Shown piece after piece: positions 14,890 to 28,585 of a stretch of 64,000 nucleotides of DNA (within the stretch, counting starts at the first letter, position 1; each line of letters begins with the position of its first letter). The notes beneath the pieces are model-generated. The model did not search any database, had not been told where the DNA came from, and saw nothing but the letters and a program-made list of their open reading frames with translations. Origin of the DNA: the human T2T-CHM13v2.0 reference genome, Homo sapiens; assembly GCF_009914755.1 (NCBI RefSeq), contig NC_060934.1; one strand, written 5' to 3'. Position numbers and translations under genes: made by a program.

Positions 14890-15125
14890 AGAAGCATGCT
14901 GTAGTGAGAATTCTTTGCTAGGAGTCAGAATTGGGTTCAAGTTACTATTGACCACACTTCCAGTATGACCTCAAAGCCATTAATTAACATTTCTCGGCTC
15001 ATTTTTTTTTTCTGTTAAGATGTTGAAATAACACCTACTTCACAGGCTTAATTTAAGAATGAAATGTGATAATATATACAAAACACTTAGCATAGTGATC
15101 CATTATGATCTCTGTTATTACTATC
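14890..15125 (+). mobile_element. MIR SINE
   Basis: ggagtcagaattgggttcaag...tgacctc...aataacacctacttcacagg...aaaacacttagcatagtg. Confidence 0.7.
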
Positions 15126-16403
15126 AATAATTTGGAAAAAATAGATACCTACTTTTAAGAAATACCTTCATTTTTGTTTTTTATTAGCCATGTAAATAAA
15201 ACTATCAGGTATTAAATATTACATACTGACATATATTGAACATATATGTCTGTTTTAATACATATATATTTCTTTAATATATATGTGTATATATATAGTT
15301 CTTTGTTTATTTTTAGTACTGATGATTCTATTATAAAAGTTGTAGACATTTCATTTACAAGTCATTTTAGACCTTTAAAAGAATATTTTTTAAGAATGTG
15401 TAAAAGCCAGACTTTCTTTGACTAGATGACTTTCATTCTAGAACTGATTTTTGTTTTATGTCAGACTCAGGACACATTTGATTTATCCTTAGGTTGTTTT
15501 CTGAGGCTTTAAAGTATCAGAGCTGAGTGGAAAAATACTTCTTGGAAAACTGATTTTCCAACTAAGAAACTCAGAGTGATGGATTGCTAGAATAATGGCT
15601 GTAATATATACTGAGAATACAAAGGAGATATGTAGTCTCTTCAAGATGAATTTGGGTTCATAAGAAGTGAGTCTGTGTTTTATTATCTTTCTGCATATAA
15701 GAAAACTCAGACTATATCATTTCTGCACAAATTCATGGTAGCCCCTGTCTAGCCTATCCAGTTTTAATATGGAACAATAAATAATATAAAGAATATCATG
15801 GTAATAAGTTTTTTGTGTTCTCTAATCCAGAAAGGCATTGTTTCCATAACAAGTTTTGTAATTATTGGAGAAAAGTACAAGGATTTCTCAAAAATCATTT
15901 AAATGGTAACATTTAAATGTTAAGCACTGCTAAGATGAACCTAAAACAAATATTTAAATATCTCTATTGTTAATGGTTATTTTAAAAAAATTTCTCATCC
16001 ACACTACTGGTGCTTATAGATACTATAGCCACAAAATAGGTAATACTACCATTATGCTAATCTCTTTGAATACATTAGTTTATTGAATATTTTTTATCTT
16101 TTACAATTATTTCCTACATCTAGCAAAGATGTCTAGATTCTAGCTGTAGCCTCTTGCCTCTTTCTCCATTCCTGGGTCTTACTTATATACAATTTCTCTT
16201 CCCATGGCCCTCAGAAATTTTTTTTTAGACCCCTGCATGTTCTTACTTTCTGGCTGCATCTGCTCTTATATCTTTTTTTAAATAAGGTGCCTTTGGACCC
16301 TACCATGGTATCATGGTCATCGCCTCTCAAAAAAAAAATCTGCATTTGATGTCTTTGACAATAGAAGAATGATTGTATGAAATGAATATCCAATTTATTT
16401 TTC

Positions 16404-16561
16404 TTTTTTTCATTTTCCTTTTTATTTATTTATTTTTATTTTTTAGAGATGGGGTCTTGCTATGTTGACAAGGCTGGTCTCAAACTCCTGGCCTCAAGTG
16501 ATCCTCCCATTTCAGCCTCCCAAAGTGCTGGGATTCCAGATTTGATCCACCATGCCCCACC
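16404..16561 (-). mobile_element. FLAM_C / free left Alu monomer
   Basis: Single antisense monomer with ctcctggcctcaagtgatcctccc; TSD caatttatttttc / caatttatttctc. Confidence 0.9.
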
Positions 16562-16944
16562 CAATTTATTTCTCATGATTCCAAAGTTTATGCATAGATG
16601 CTTTAGCTGAACAATAGTTCCTTCTAATTGAAAAGAAAGCCTCTAACTCAGCTGACATGGAACAGTCTCCTGCATGTAGTGAACTTACTCACTACAGAGG
16701 GATTGATGCTTTCAGAGAATGACTTAAACTATGACATGCTGTGATGAGTATATCCTCAAGCTACTACGACATGTTTATTAACCTCTGTTACCCAATTAGG
16801 TGCAACATTGATCAGAACCTGACTTCAATAGTTTTGATACTTAGTCTTTTAGCTCTGACTGCTTTAGAGTATAAGGTCCTTGAAGATAGGATTACCACCT
16901 TATAAAACAGAGTTGCACAACATAGCATGTTAGAAATAGGTTGG

Positions 16945-17254
<310 letters not shown>

Positions 17255-19081
17255 TCATATTCGTTCAGCTTGAATTCTAGTTCACTAGTTGTTTGCTTTT
17301 GGGCAATTCATTTAACTGCTATTAGACTAGCCAACTAGGGACAGTTTTTGTTCCTTAAGTTTCCAAATGGTTGAGAGGCTCAAATGAGAAAATAGTGCCA
17401 ATACAGTTCATTAATTTTATGATTGTTTCTGGCATAGAAGGAAATGAAATATTTAATAAATAAACCTATGAGTGAATTGATGAATTAATGAGTGGTATTC
17501 AAATTATACTTTTAAATGTATGTTTAAATACATGTGGCATCCCATTTCCTAGGCCTAAATATAATGAACATGCTTGCTTGCAAAAGGAGCCTTTTGCTAA
17601 CTTCCCAGAGAGTCTCATACAATCAGTCAGAGACAAAGACCCGGTAGCCGCTTCAGGAGCCTCGCATAGCAAGTGATTCCTGTTGTTCCACTTTGTGCTT
17701 AAAGCATGAGAAGTTGGGCCAGAGTAGAATTGGAAATGGAGGACCTGTAGGCCAGGCTTTGCTTTTAGGGGACTTGTGATTGGCAATTCGTTGCAGATAA
17801 TAATGAGAAGAAGGCAGAAGATTTTAATGAGGCACGCATGTGAGAACCTCAGAGACTCTGGGTAACTTCGGTGTCTGCAAAGTGGCTACTCCCTGTTTCT
17901 CAAGATAAGAGGGGAAGGTTTTTCCATTTCAAACTGGTTGGGCTCATTTTGGTCAGGAAGAGTCTTGGATGGAGAAAAAATTCCAGCCCTGAGGAAAAGG
18001 CATTCAGCAGTCCCTGGTAGTAAGGTAAGGGTTGGTAGCTTAATCAACTATAGGCCACACAGAACAACAACAAAAAAGGGGCTTTAGCGGTATGTTTTTA
18101 CCTAGTAAAAGAAATAATTTCACTTCTCCTCTCTACCACTCTCTTTAAAAACTCATCCTCACAGGTGTATGTAAGACAATCTGAGAGTGGAGGCCAGTGT
18201 TTTGCAGTGCAAATCCGGCAGTATGGCTTGCTTTGAGAAGTCTATGGCAATGCTCCAAGGGAAAAGACTGCAAAAGTCAAAATATAAATATATTCAGTGA
18301 CTTCAGATCCCATTGTTTCCAGGTCCCTTTTGCTTTTTCCAATTACCTGTCTCATTTTTGAGGAAACTTTGCAGTGCTTTTCCTTTTATTGTCATTCTTC
18401 CCCCCACCCTGTGGTTTTTCTAACACCTGCACTGCATCATCCTTCAAGACCCTTTTGGCTTTGTTTCTGTGCATGATTATCTCCCCTTCTCCCTCCTTAC
18501 CATATGCGTTTTAACAAAACCAATTTTCAGTATTGAGTTGAAAAACCCTAATTTAAAGAAGTAAAAGAGATCTTCCCAAATTTTAAGCAACCGTAAAGAA
18601 CCAGCTGGAAATGTATACATGTGTGTATGTTTGCATGTGGGGGAGCAGTGAGGATGATCTCTAGAGATAGATTAGATATAGGAAGGATTTGGCAATATAC
18701 ATGAGGTTAGCGTGAGAGGAAGGTAAGTTTAAATTTACAGTAGATAGCCATTTCCAAGGATGTATTAGAACAAATGCAGAATTTCAGAGGAAAGAACAGA
18801 TAATTATTTCACGGCCCTTGAAACTCCTTGCACATTTCTAGCTTGTAAAGAGAATGCAGATTAGCTTTTTATCCATACAGTACCTTCATCTATCAAATAT
18901 TTCTGTCTTTATAAACCTACAAATTACATACATACAGGTCTGGGCTTCTGGGTGAATTAGAAGCAGGGGCAGGTTTCCTCATAAAACCTAACTTTGTCAC
19001 CAATTTCATGTAATTTGCTACTAAACTGTGCTTCTTTTGCTTTTTATCTCTCTTCTTATGTGCTCTTAAAAGCTACTTGCT

Positions 19082-19405
<324 letters not shown>

Positions 19406-19959
19406 TTACAATGTACTTTATAATGCATGTATCTTGATGATAACATGTGATTTGTGATCTTTCTAGGCTGACAAATGAATCTCCTAGAGCTCTGCTGTGT
19501 TGCTACAGTGGTCTGAGTCATTGTGATTAGAAATTATTTAAATTCATCATTTTTATAGACAGGCCTGAACAACCTAGCAGAGTTTTTTTAAAAAAATTTT
19601 ACTCAAAATTAAATATCTTATTTTGAAAACTGTCCTTGTACTATAATAGCTAGCAGACGCTTCAAATATTTCTCTTTCATGTAGACAAATCTATACATTT
19701 CTCCTCAGAGAATATAGATGTCAATGCCTGCAGATAAGCAATCCAAATAAGTTTAATGGAAGGCAGTTTTATGTAATTAAGTTGTGACACTTTTCTGTGT
19801 GGAGGAAGGCTTAAAAGGAAGGAAAACAAGCCACAAATGGGAGAAGGGCAATATGCACACGAAGGTTGTGCCTGTGGAATTGAACATTCCTTATCTATCC
19901 TTTGGTTCTTCAAATAGTTCATATCTCTTGGACACATGACATTGAGAAGTCTGGTAAAA

Positions 19960-20860
<901 letters not shown>

Positions 20861-20972
20861 TGTCATCTCAGAGAGTTTTAACGTTCAAACCAAGTATAAA
20901 GTACATTAGGTACAAAGGCAGTAGACATAAATTTGTAAATAAGAATACTTAGAGACTATAAAGAACTAATCA

Positions 20973-21295
<323 letters not shown>

Positions 21296-21914
21296 AAAGA
21301 ATGAATCAATCCAAACCAGAAATGACATGGAAAGTAGTGGTATTAGAATGATATTAAGCATCAGTTCCTTTTAAATGTAGAACTAAAATATCTCAGAGCT
21401 GTCCAATGTAATATGAAAATGCTCTCTGCATTCTCTACTTATAATACTTAAAAAAATAGTGATATTCAGGTGTCCTCTGATGATTACCATATTTCTGTTT
21501 ACATGATCTAATTGATTGTTAAGCATCTAGTATAAATTTGTTGAAATTTTTGACTTGTGGATGGCATACTTCCCTTATTCCCAGCACAGATAGAGGGCTT
21601 GTCTTATTTTTAAGTGCCTTTGCCTGTTTCAATAGCTGTAAGTATCAGGGGGAAATGAACACAGCTAGAAATCTGCACTCAAGTGTTCATCCTGCCAGTA
21701 GTTGTCATTTAAATCAATGATTAGATTTTATCTTATTGACGACACATATTAACATGTATAAATTCTGAAAAAAAATGTAATAATTACAATTTCCTTACCC
21801 TATTTCAAACAGCTGAATTGTTTTAATATACTATTATAGTCCTTTTTTTGGAATATATTGTATTGTATAGTTAGACAAATTTGAATTATAAATAAACCAG
21901 TATCTTATTTATTT

Positions 21915-22207
21915 ATTTGCTATTTTTTGAGACGGAGTCTCGCTCTGTCACCCTGGCTGGAGTACAATGGTGCGATCTCAGCGCATTGCAACCCCTGCCT
22001 CCCAGGTTCAAGTGATTCTCCTGCTTAGCCTCCCAAGTAGCTGAGATTACAGGCATGCACCACCACACTGGGCTAATTTTTGTATTTTTAGTAGAGATGG
22101 GGTTTCACCATGTTGGCCAGGCTGGTCTCGAACTCCTGACCTCGTGATCCTTTCACCTTAGCCTCCCAAAGTGCTGGAATTACAGGCCTGAGCCACTGTG
22201 CCTGGCC
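21915..22207 (-). mobile_element. AluSg-like, full length
   Basis: gaactcctgacctcgtgatcc; TSD tatcttatttattt / tatctcatttattt. Confidence 0.95.
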
Positions 22208-22219
22208 ATATCTCATTTA

Positions 22220-22730
22220 TTTTTATTTTTTTTAATTTTTATTTTAGATTTATGGGGTACGTGTGCAGGTTTATCACAAGAGTATAATTGTGTGACACTG
22301 AGGTTTGAGCTTCTACTGATCCCATCACCAATATAGTGAACATAGAACCCAATAGGAAGTTTTTCAGCCGTTACCCCACATCTGCCTCCCACCCCTTTTG
22401 GAGTCTCCAGTGTCTGTTGTTCCCATCTTTATGTCCATGTGTACCCAAAGTTTAGCTCACCCTTATAAACAAGAACACACACTATTTGGTTTTCTGTTTC
22501 TATGTCAGTTCACTTAGGACAATAACCTTCAGCTGCATCCATGTTGCTGCAAAAGATATGATTTTATTCTTTTTTATGGCTGTGTAGTGTTCCATGGTAC
22601 ATATGTACCACATTGTTTTCATTCAACCCACCATTGATGGGCACCTAGGTTGATTGTATGACTTTGCTATTGTGAATAGTACTGTGATGAATATGCTAGT
22701 GCTGATATCTTTTTGGTAAAATGATTTAGT
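22220..22730 (-). mobile_element. L1PA15/16-type 3' end
   Basis: T-tail then ggggtacgtgtgcaggttt...ctgaggtttgagcttcta...cccaataggaagtttttcagcc...catccatgttgctgcaaaaga. Confidence 0.9.
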
Positions 22731-23167
22731 TAACATTGTGTCATCAGTATTCTGAGTTTGTTCATACACTTAGTAATCACTACTGATATTTGTAATGTTG
22801 AATATAGGTTTCCAATTTGTGGCTATCACAAAAATTCCAAAATGAATGTTTTCAGGCAAATAACTTTTTCATGTTGGCATTGTTCTTTGGTTAGATTTTT
22901 CTTTTCAGAATTGGGAGTACTGAATCAAATGGCATGACTATTGTCATGCTTTTAATGTATTTTTTCAAAGTGTTCTCCAAAAGCTTTGCCATCTTACCTC
23001 TACTGGCAATCTATTAGAATCTTAATTTTATTATATCAATATCAGAATTGGACATTTGGACGTATCTGTTGGATATACAAGGTATTCATTTCATCTTTGT
23101 CCTTAATTTCTCGGTGGACCTTCCCACTGTCTGCTACTGTAAGAAATGCATTTTTTAAAGTATGGTA

Positions 23168-23547
23168 GATAGAGTGTGGTGGCTCACACATGTAATCCTA
23201 GCACTTTGGGAGGTCGAGGCGGAAGGATCACTTGAAGTCAGGAGTTTCAGACCAGCCTGGGCAACACAGTAAGACAACCATCTCTGCTAAAAAAAAAAAT
23301 TATTTATATATATATAACTATATATACAAATATATATATATAACTATATATATATAAAACTATATATATATAGTTAACTAGGCTTGGTGGTGCATGCCTA
23401 TAGTCCTAACTATTCTAGGAGCAAAGATGGGAGGGTTGCTCAAATCCAGGAGTTGGAAGCTGCAGTGAGCTATGATCATGCCACTGCACTCCAGTATGGG
23501 TGACAGAGTGAAGCCCTGTCTCTAAAAAATAAATAAACAATAAAAAA
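23168..23547 (+). mobile_element. AluJ with (TA)n expansion in the central linker
   Basis: J diagnostics (cagcctgggcaacacagtaagac, gctgcagtgagctatgatc, ccctgtctct); ~75 bp TA-rich insert at ~23300-23375. Confidence 0.93.
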
Positions 23548-23939
23548 TAAAGTGGTTTGAACTTAGTATATGCAATTCTTTTTAGGCATTTTGTTATTAA
23601 CCAAGGATTAAATGTCTAGTCCACAGTCGACTATCCGTTTTTTGAAATTTTCCCATTAATATGTTTCTTCTCTGGCCTACTGGGTTTGCAAAGAGATTTG
23701 TGGTAATGATTCTATGCCTGCATTCTTGATATCATGTTCTGTATCCCATGCTTGTTTAATATTCTTACTGGAGGTCAAGGAATAGCATAAATTTCTTATC
23801 ACATCACAGTATAATGCTGTTAATTTCAGGGAAGATGTAACATACTAACTGTTAAAGAATGATCCTCTACTTATAGTATGAGTGGAAATTCTTATACATA
23901 GATTATATTTATTAAATTATTATATTATTTTCAATATAC

Positions 23940-24170
23940 TCTTAGCTTTGAAGATAAGTAAAACTCAATTAAGACCTAGACTCCACCACTTCCTAGCTTA
24001 AATAGATATTTGTAAAATTATCCAAGCCAGGAAAAATGAAAATATGAAAATGTATGAAATACAAAATCTATGTCCACCTAATATGTTTTTTTGAGAATTG
24101 AATGAGATCATATATGAAGACCCAAGCGCAGTTCCTGGACACAATAAGTGCTCAATAACTATTAGTTATC
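23940..24170 (+). mobile_element. MIR SINE (degenerate)
   Basis: ctccaccacttcctagct...gagaattgaatgagatcatatatgaag...agttcctggacacaataagtgctcaataactattagttat. Confidence 0.65.
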
Positions 24171-26010
24171 TGGCTCTCCATTCTCTTGATAAGAAATGGA
24201 CAAGGCCATTCTCATATCACAATTCTGGGATACACATGAGTGAAATCCTGCATCTTGTCAGCCAACACACCTTGGCCATTTGTTACTGGAGGAGGCCTTT
24301 GGAATGACAGGAGGGCATAAGAGTTTGACAATGGTTCTGCAATGCTTGCCTAAGGAGACAATGAGACTCAACCAATTCCAGTTTGCATGTGGCAAAATAA
24401 GTTAAAAAGTTGAAAATTTGAGTTGATGAATAAGAAGTAGAAGGGCAGTCAGTCTAACAAATTGGTAAATGTAACTAGCCCTTTGGGTCTAATGTTGGAA
24501 TCTGGTACTTGGAAGATGTGTTATTGTTTTGTTATTTGTATGTACATTATTGTTCTTCCCTGATTCAGTAAATTCTGTACTAGCTATGGTAAGTGAAACA
24601 GAGGGAAAGCATTGGTGCAATTTTGCCTTCATGGGAATTAGCCTACTTTTGGAGGCTAGCTTGAGGTGTCATTGGGAATGTGGCTGCTAGAGCCCCACTC
24701 TCGGGAGGCAAAATCAGTCACATTTATGTAACTGACCCCAAATCAAAAACAGTTACTCCCTCTTTTTTATTCAAACCATATTGTATCATGAGTAAGGTTG
24801 CTTCTGTACATGTCCTAGAAAGATACTCCTCATTTGTATAGTCACAAAGGCAAGAGTCTCAAAACTGGTCATCTTTGAATATCACTTAAGCTTTCTTTTA
24901 TGGACTAGGAAACAATTGAGCGGAAACATGTGGTCAACTCTAACTGTAGTGCAGTCAGAAATCCCAGTGTCCACATTTCCTGCAGGGTCTGCCCTAGTAC
25001 TTTCCTTTTACTTATGACCACCCACAGTTTCACCTTTGAAAGCCAATGTTTGGTGTGCAAGCGTAAGCTTAAGAGAAAGAAAAAGTTGATGCTATAATAA
25101 ATTTATTTCTGAAAAAAAAAGTCTCAGGTGAAGTTATTTTTAGATAATATATTTACTTGTTATTCATGTGAACTGTGTTAAAAAGTTGCTTTTATGTAGG
25201 ATTAATTTAAATAGAATACTTGGATAAAATAGATAAAAATAAAGGCAAAAAACTTGTCTTTTCTCTATACACATGGCATTGGATTTCATACAAATGTTAT
25301 GTTTGAAATGAAAGAATATATTTAAAAAATAATAGCCTTTTTAAAGCAATTTTAGGTGTATGGAAAAACTGAATGGAAAACATAAAGAGTTTTCATATGA
25401 CCCTTAACTGCCTATCGGTTTTCCCTAACATTAACAACTTGTATTAGTGTGGTGTATTTGTTATAATTGATGGGCCAATATAAAAACACTATTTTTACCT
25501 AAAGGCCATAGTTTATGTTAAAGTTAATTATTTGTGGCATACATTCTATGAGTTTTGACAAGTGCATAATGGCATGTGTCCAATCATACAGACTAATTTT
25601 ACTGCCTCCAAAATCCCTTTTGTTCCACCTATTCATCCCTCTCTCCTTCCCCCTGAACCCTTGGCAAACTGATATTTTTACTATCTACATAGTTTTGGTT
25701 TTTTCCAGAATGTCATACAGTTGGAATCATATAATATGTAGCCTTTTCACACTGGTCTCTTTCACCTTGCAATATGTGTTTAAAGTTTCTCTATATTTTT
25801 TCATGGCTTGACAGCTTATTTCTCTGAATAATATTCCGTCGCATAAATGTGCCACAGTTTGCTTATCCATTCACATATTGAAGGCCATTTTGGTTGCTGT
25901 CACATTTTGGCAATTACAAATACAGCTGTTATACACATTTGTGTACAGGTTTTGTGTAGACAATTTCAAACTCATGTTTGTAATTACCAACGAGTGCAAT
26001 GTTTGGATCA

Positions 26011-26239
26011 CACTGACACTATTTGACTTGAGGACATGCTATGAAGCTGCAATAATCAAGACAGTGTGGTACTGGAGAAATAAGAGACAAATAGATCAAT
26101 AAAACAAAATAGAGAACCAAGAAATAGACCACAAAACTATAGTCAACTGATGTTTGACAAAAGAGCAAACACAATTCAATGGAGAAATTATAGTCTTTTC
26201 AAAAAATGGTGCTGAAACAACTGAACTTAAACAGGCAAA
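26011..26239 (+). mobile_element. Inverted (sense) L1 ORF2 segment inside the antisense L1MC
   Basis: Plus-strand peptide TLFDLRTCYEAAIIKTVWYWRNKRQIDQ resembles ORF2p [28 protein letters not shown]. Confidence 0.88.
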
Positions 26240-28019
26240 TTTCTTTTTCTTTTTTAATTTTCTTTTTTCCATGAGCTAGTGCAGATGGCATTGTTTTAAT
26301 TTCAAATCCCTATTGTTTATTGCTGGTGTATAAGAAAGCAATTATCTTTCGTATATTAACTTTGTGTCCTGTAACTTTGCCATAGTTGCCCAATTCACAA
26401 ATAGTTCTTTACTGAATCATGTCATCTACAAACACAGGTTTTTCTCCTCAATGTGTTTACCTTTCTTTTCTTTCTTTTTTTCTTGTATCAGTGGATTAAC
26501 TAGGACCAGTACATTGTGGAGTAGGAGTGGTGAAAGCATACATTCTTACTTTGTTTCTGATCTTAGTGAGAAAACATGTAATTTCTCATCATTAAGTATG
26601 TTGTTAGCTATAGGATTTTTTTGTAGATATTCTTTACCAGTTTGAGAAAGTGTACCTCTAGTAAAAGTTTTTGAGGTTTTATCATGAAATGGTATGATAA
26701 ATATTGTTATCATATCCATTCATGATGTTGAATAGTGTTAAATGCTTTTTACTGCTTTTACTGCATTATGATATAATCATAAGATTTTTTCCTTTAACCC
26801 ATTGATATGATAGATTACATTAACAGATTTTCAAATGTTGAACTAGTCTCACATACCAGCAACAAATACCACTTGTTTGCGGTATAGAATTCTTTTACTA
26901 CATCAGTGGGTTCAATTTGCTAATATTTTTGATAATTTTTATATATTTGTAAGAAATATTAGTTCATAGCTTTCCTTTTTCATAATGTCTTTATTGTGTT
27001 TTGATATTAGGGTAATGCTAGTCTCACAGAATGAGTGAGAAAGTATTCCTTTTGCTTCTACTTTTTGAAAAATATTATAGAGAATTTATGAGAATTTATA
27101 TTTCTTAAACTAGTATTTCTTTAATTGGTATTGCTTCCTTAAATGTTTAGTAAAGTTCACCAGTGAATCCATCTGAGCTGGTTGCTTTCTGCTTCAGATG
27201 GTATTAATTATTGATTAAATTCCTTTAATAGATATAGGCCCATACAGATTACCTATTTCTCCTTCTGTGAGTTTTGACATAGAAATTTTCACAATACTCA
27301 TTTATTATCTTTCTAATATACATGGGATTATAATCATGACCTCTCTTTCATTTCTAATAATAGTTGTCTTTCTTTTTCTTAGTTAAATTAGCTAATAATT
27401 TATCACTTTTATGAGGTTTTTCAAAGAATCAGATTTTCTCTGTTGATTTCCCATTGTCACTTTCATCAACTTCTGCTCTAATTTTGTATATGTCTTTTCT
27501 TCAGCTTACTTTAAAATTAATATGCTCTTCTTTTCTTAGTTTCCTAAGGCATGATCTTAGACTATTGGTTTTAGATTTCCTTTTATTCTACTATACACAT
27601 CAAATGCTATAAATTTACTGCTAGGCACTGCCTTTGCTGAATCTTATAAATTTTGATAAGGTGAATTTTTGTTTAGTTCAAAATATTTTAAAATTTCTTT
27701 TGAGACTTCTTCTTTGACTCACGTGTTATTTAGAAGTGTGGTATATAATCTTCAAGTGTTTTGGGTTTTCCAGTTATCTTTACTGATTTTCAATTTAATT
27801 TCATTGTGATCTGAGAGAATACTTCACATGATTTCTGTTCTTTTAAATGTGTTAAGGTGTGTTTTATGATCCAGAAAGTGATTTATCTTGGTGAATATTC
27901 TGTGCTGTCTTGAGAATATGTATTCTGATGTGATTGAATGAAGCATTCTGTAGATGACAATTAGATCTAGTTGATTGATGTTGCTGTTCATTTAAACTAT
28001 GTTCTTACTGATTCCCTAC

Positions 28020-28585
28020 TGAAAACACCAGCACAAGGTTAACAAGAATTACAAGCCTGACTTTAGGAAAAATTAGAGTCAGGCATTGGACAGAGTGTGC
28101 TGGTACACTTTGACCCACTTCCCTGCAGCTGCTGCATAACCCAGAGTCACATAGCACACTAACCACCTGCTCCTTCATTGTTCCTATAGATAGAATCTCT
28201 GACACCGAACATTTTTACCCAAAAATTGCTAAAGGTGTTCTTCATATCCTGAATTTCAGCAGAACAGCAGACACCAAGCAATCTGAAAACCCCCACCAAG
28301 GAAGTGACTCAGCACCAAAACGTTGTTTCTTCATCTCCCTGTCCTGTGACTTCATTCCTCACTTCTTGACCAATCAGCAATCCCACACTTTGGCCCATCA
28401 CCCATCTAGGCCCCTTAAAAAACCCATCCCCAAACCTCTTGGGGAGGCAGATTTGAGGTTCCCTCCTGTCTCCTTGTTTGACTGTCCTACAATTATTAAA
28501 CGCTTTCTCTGCTGCAACTCCCACTGTTTCAGTGTATTGGTCAGTTACTGTGCAATGAGAAATCAAATCTGGAGGTCCTGTAACA
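28020..28585 (+). mobile_element. LTR26-family (ERV1) solo LTR
   Basis: TG...CA ends (tgaaaacacc...tgtaaca); 4-bp TSD ctac / ctat; cattgttcctatagatag; CCAAT; ATTAAA at 28495-28500. Confidence 0.85.
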
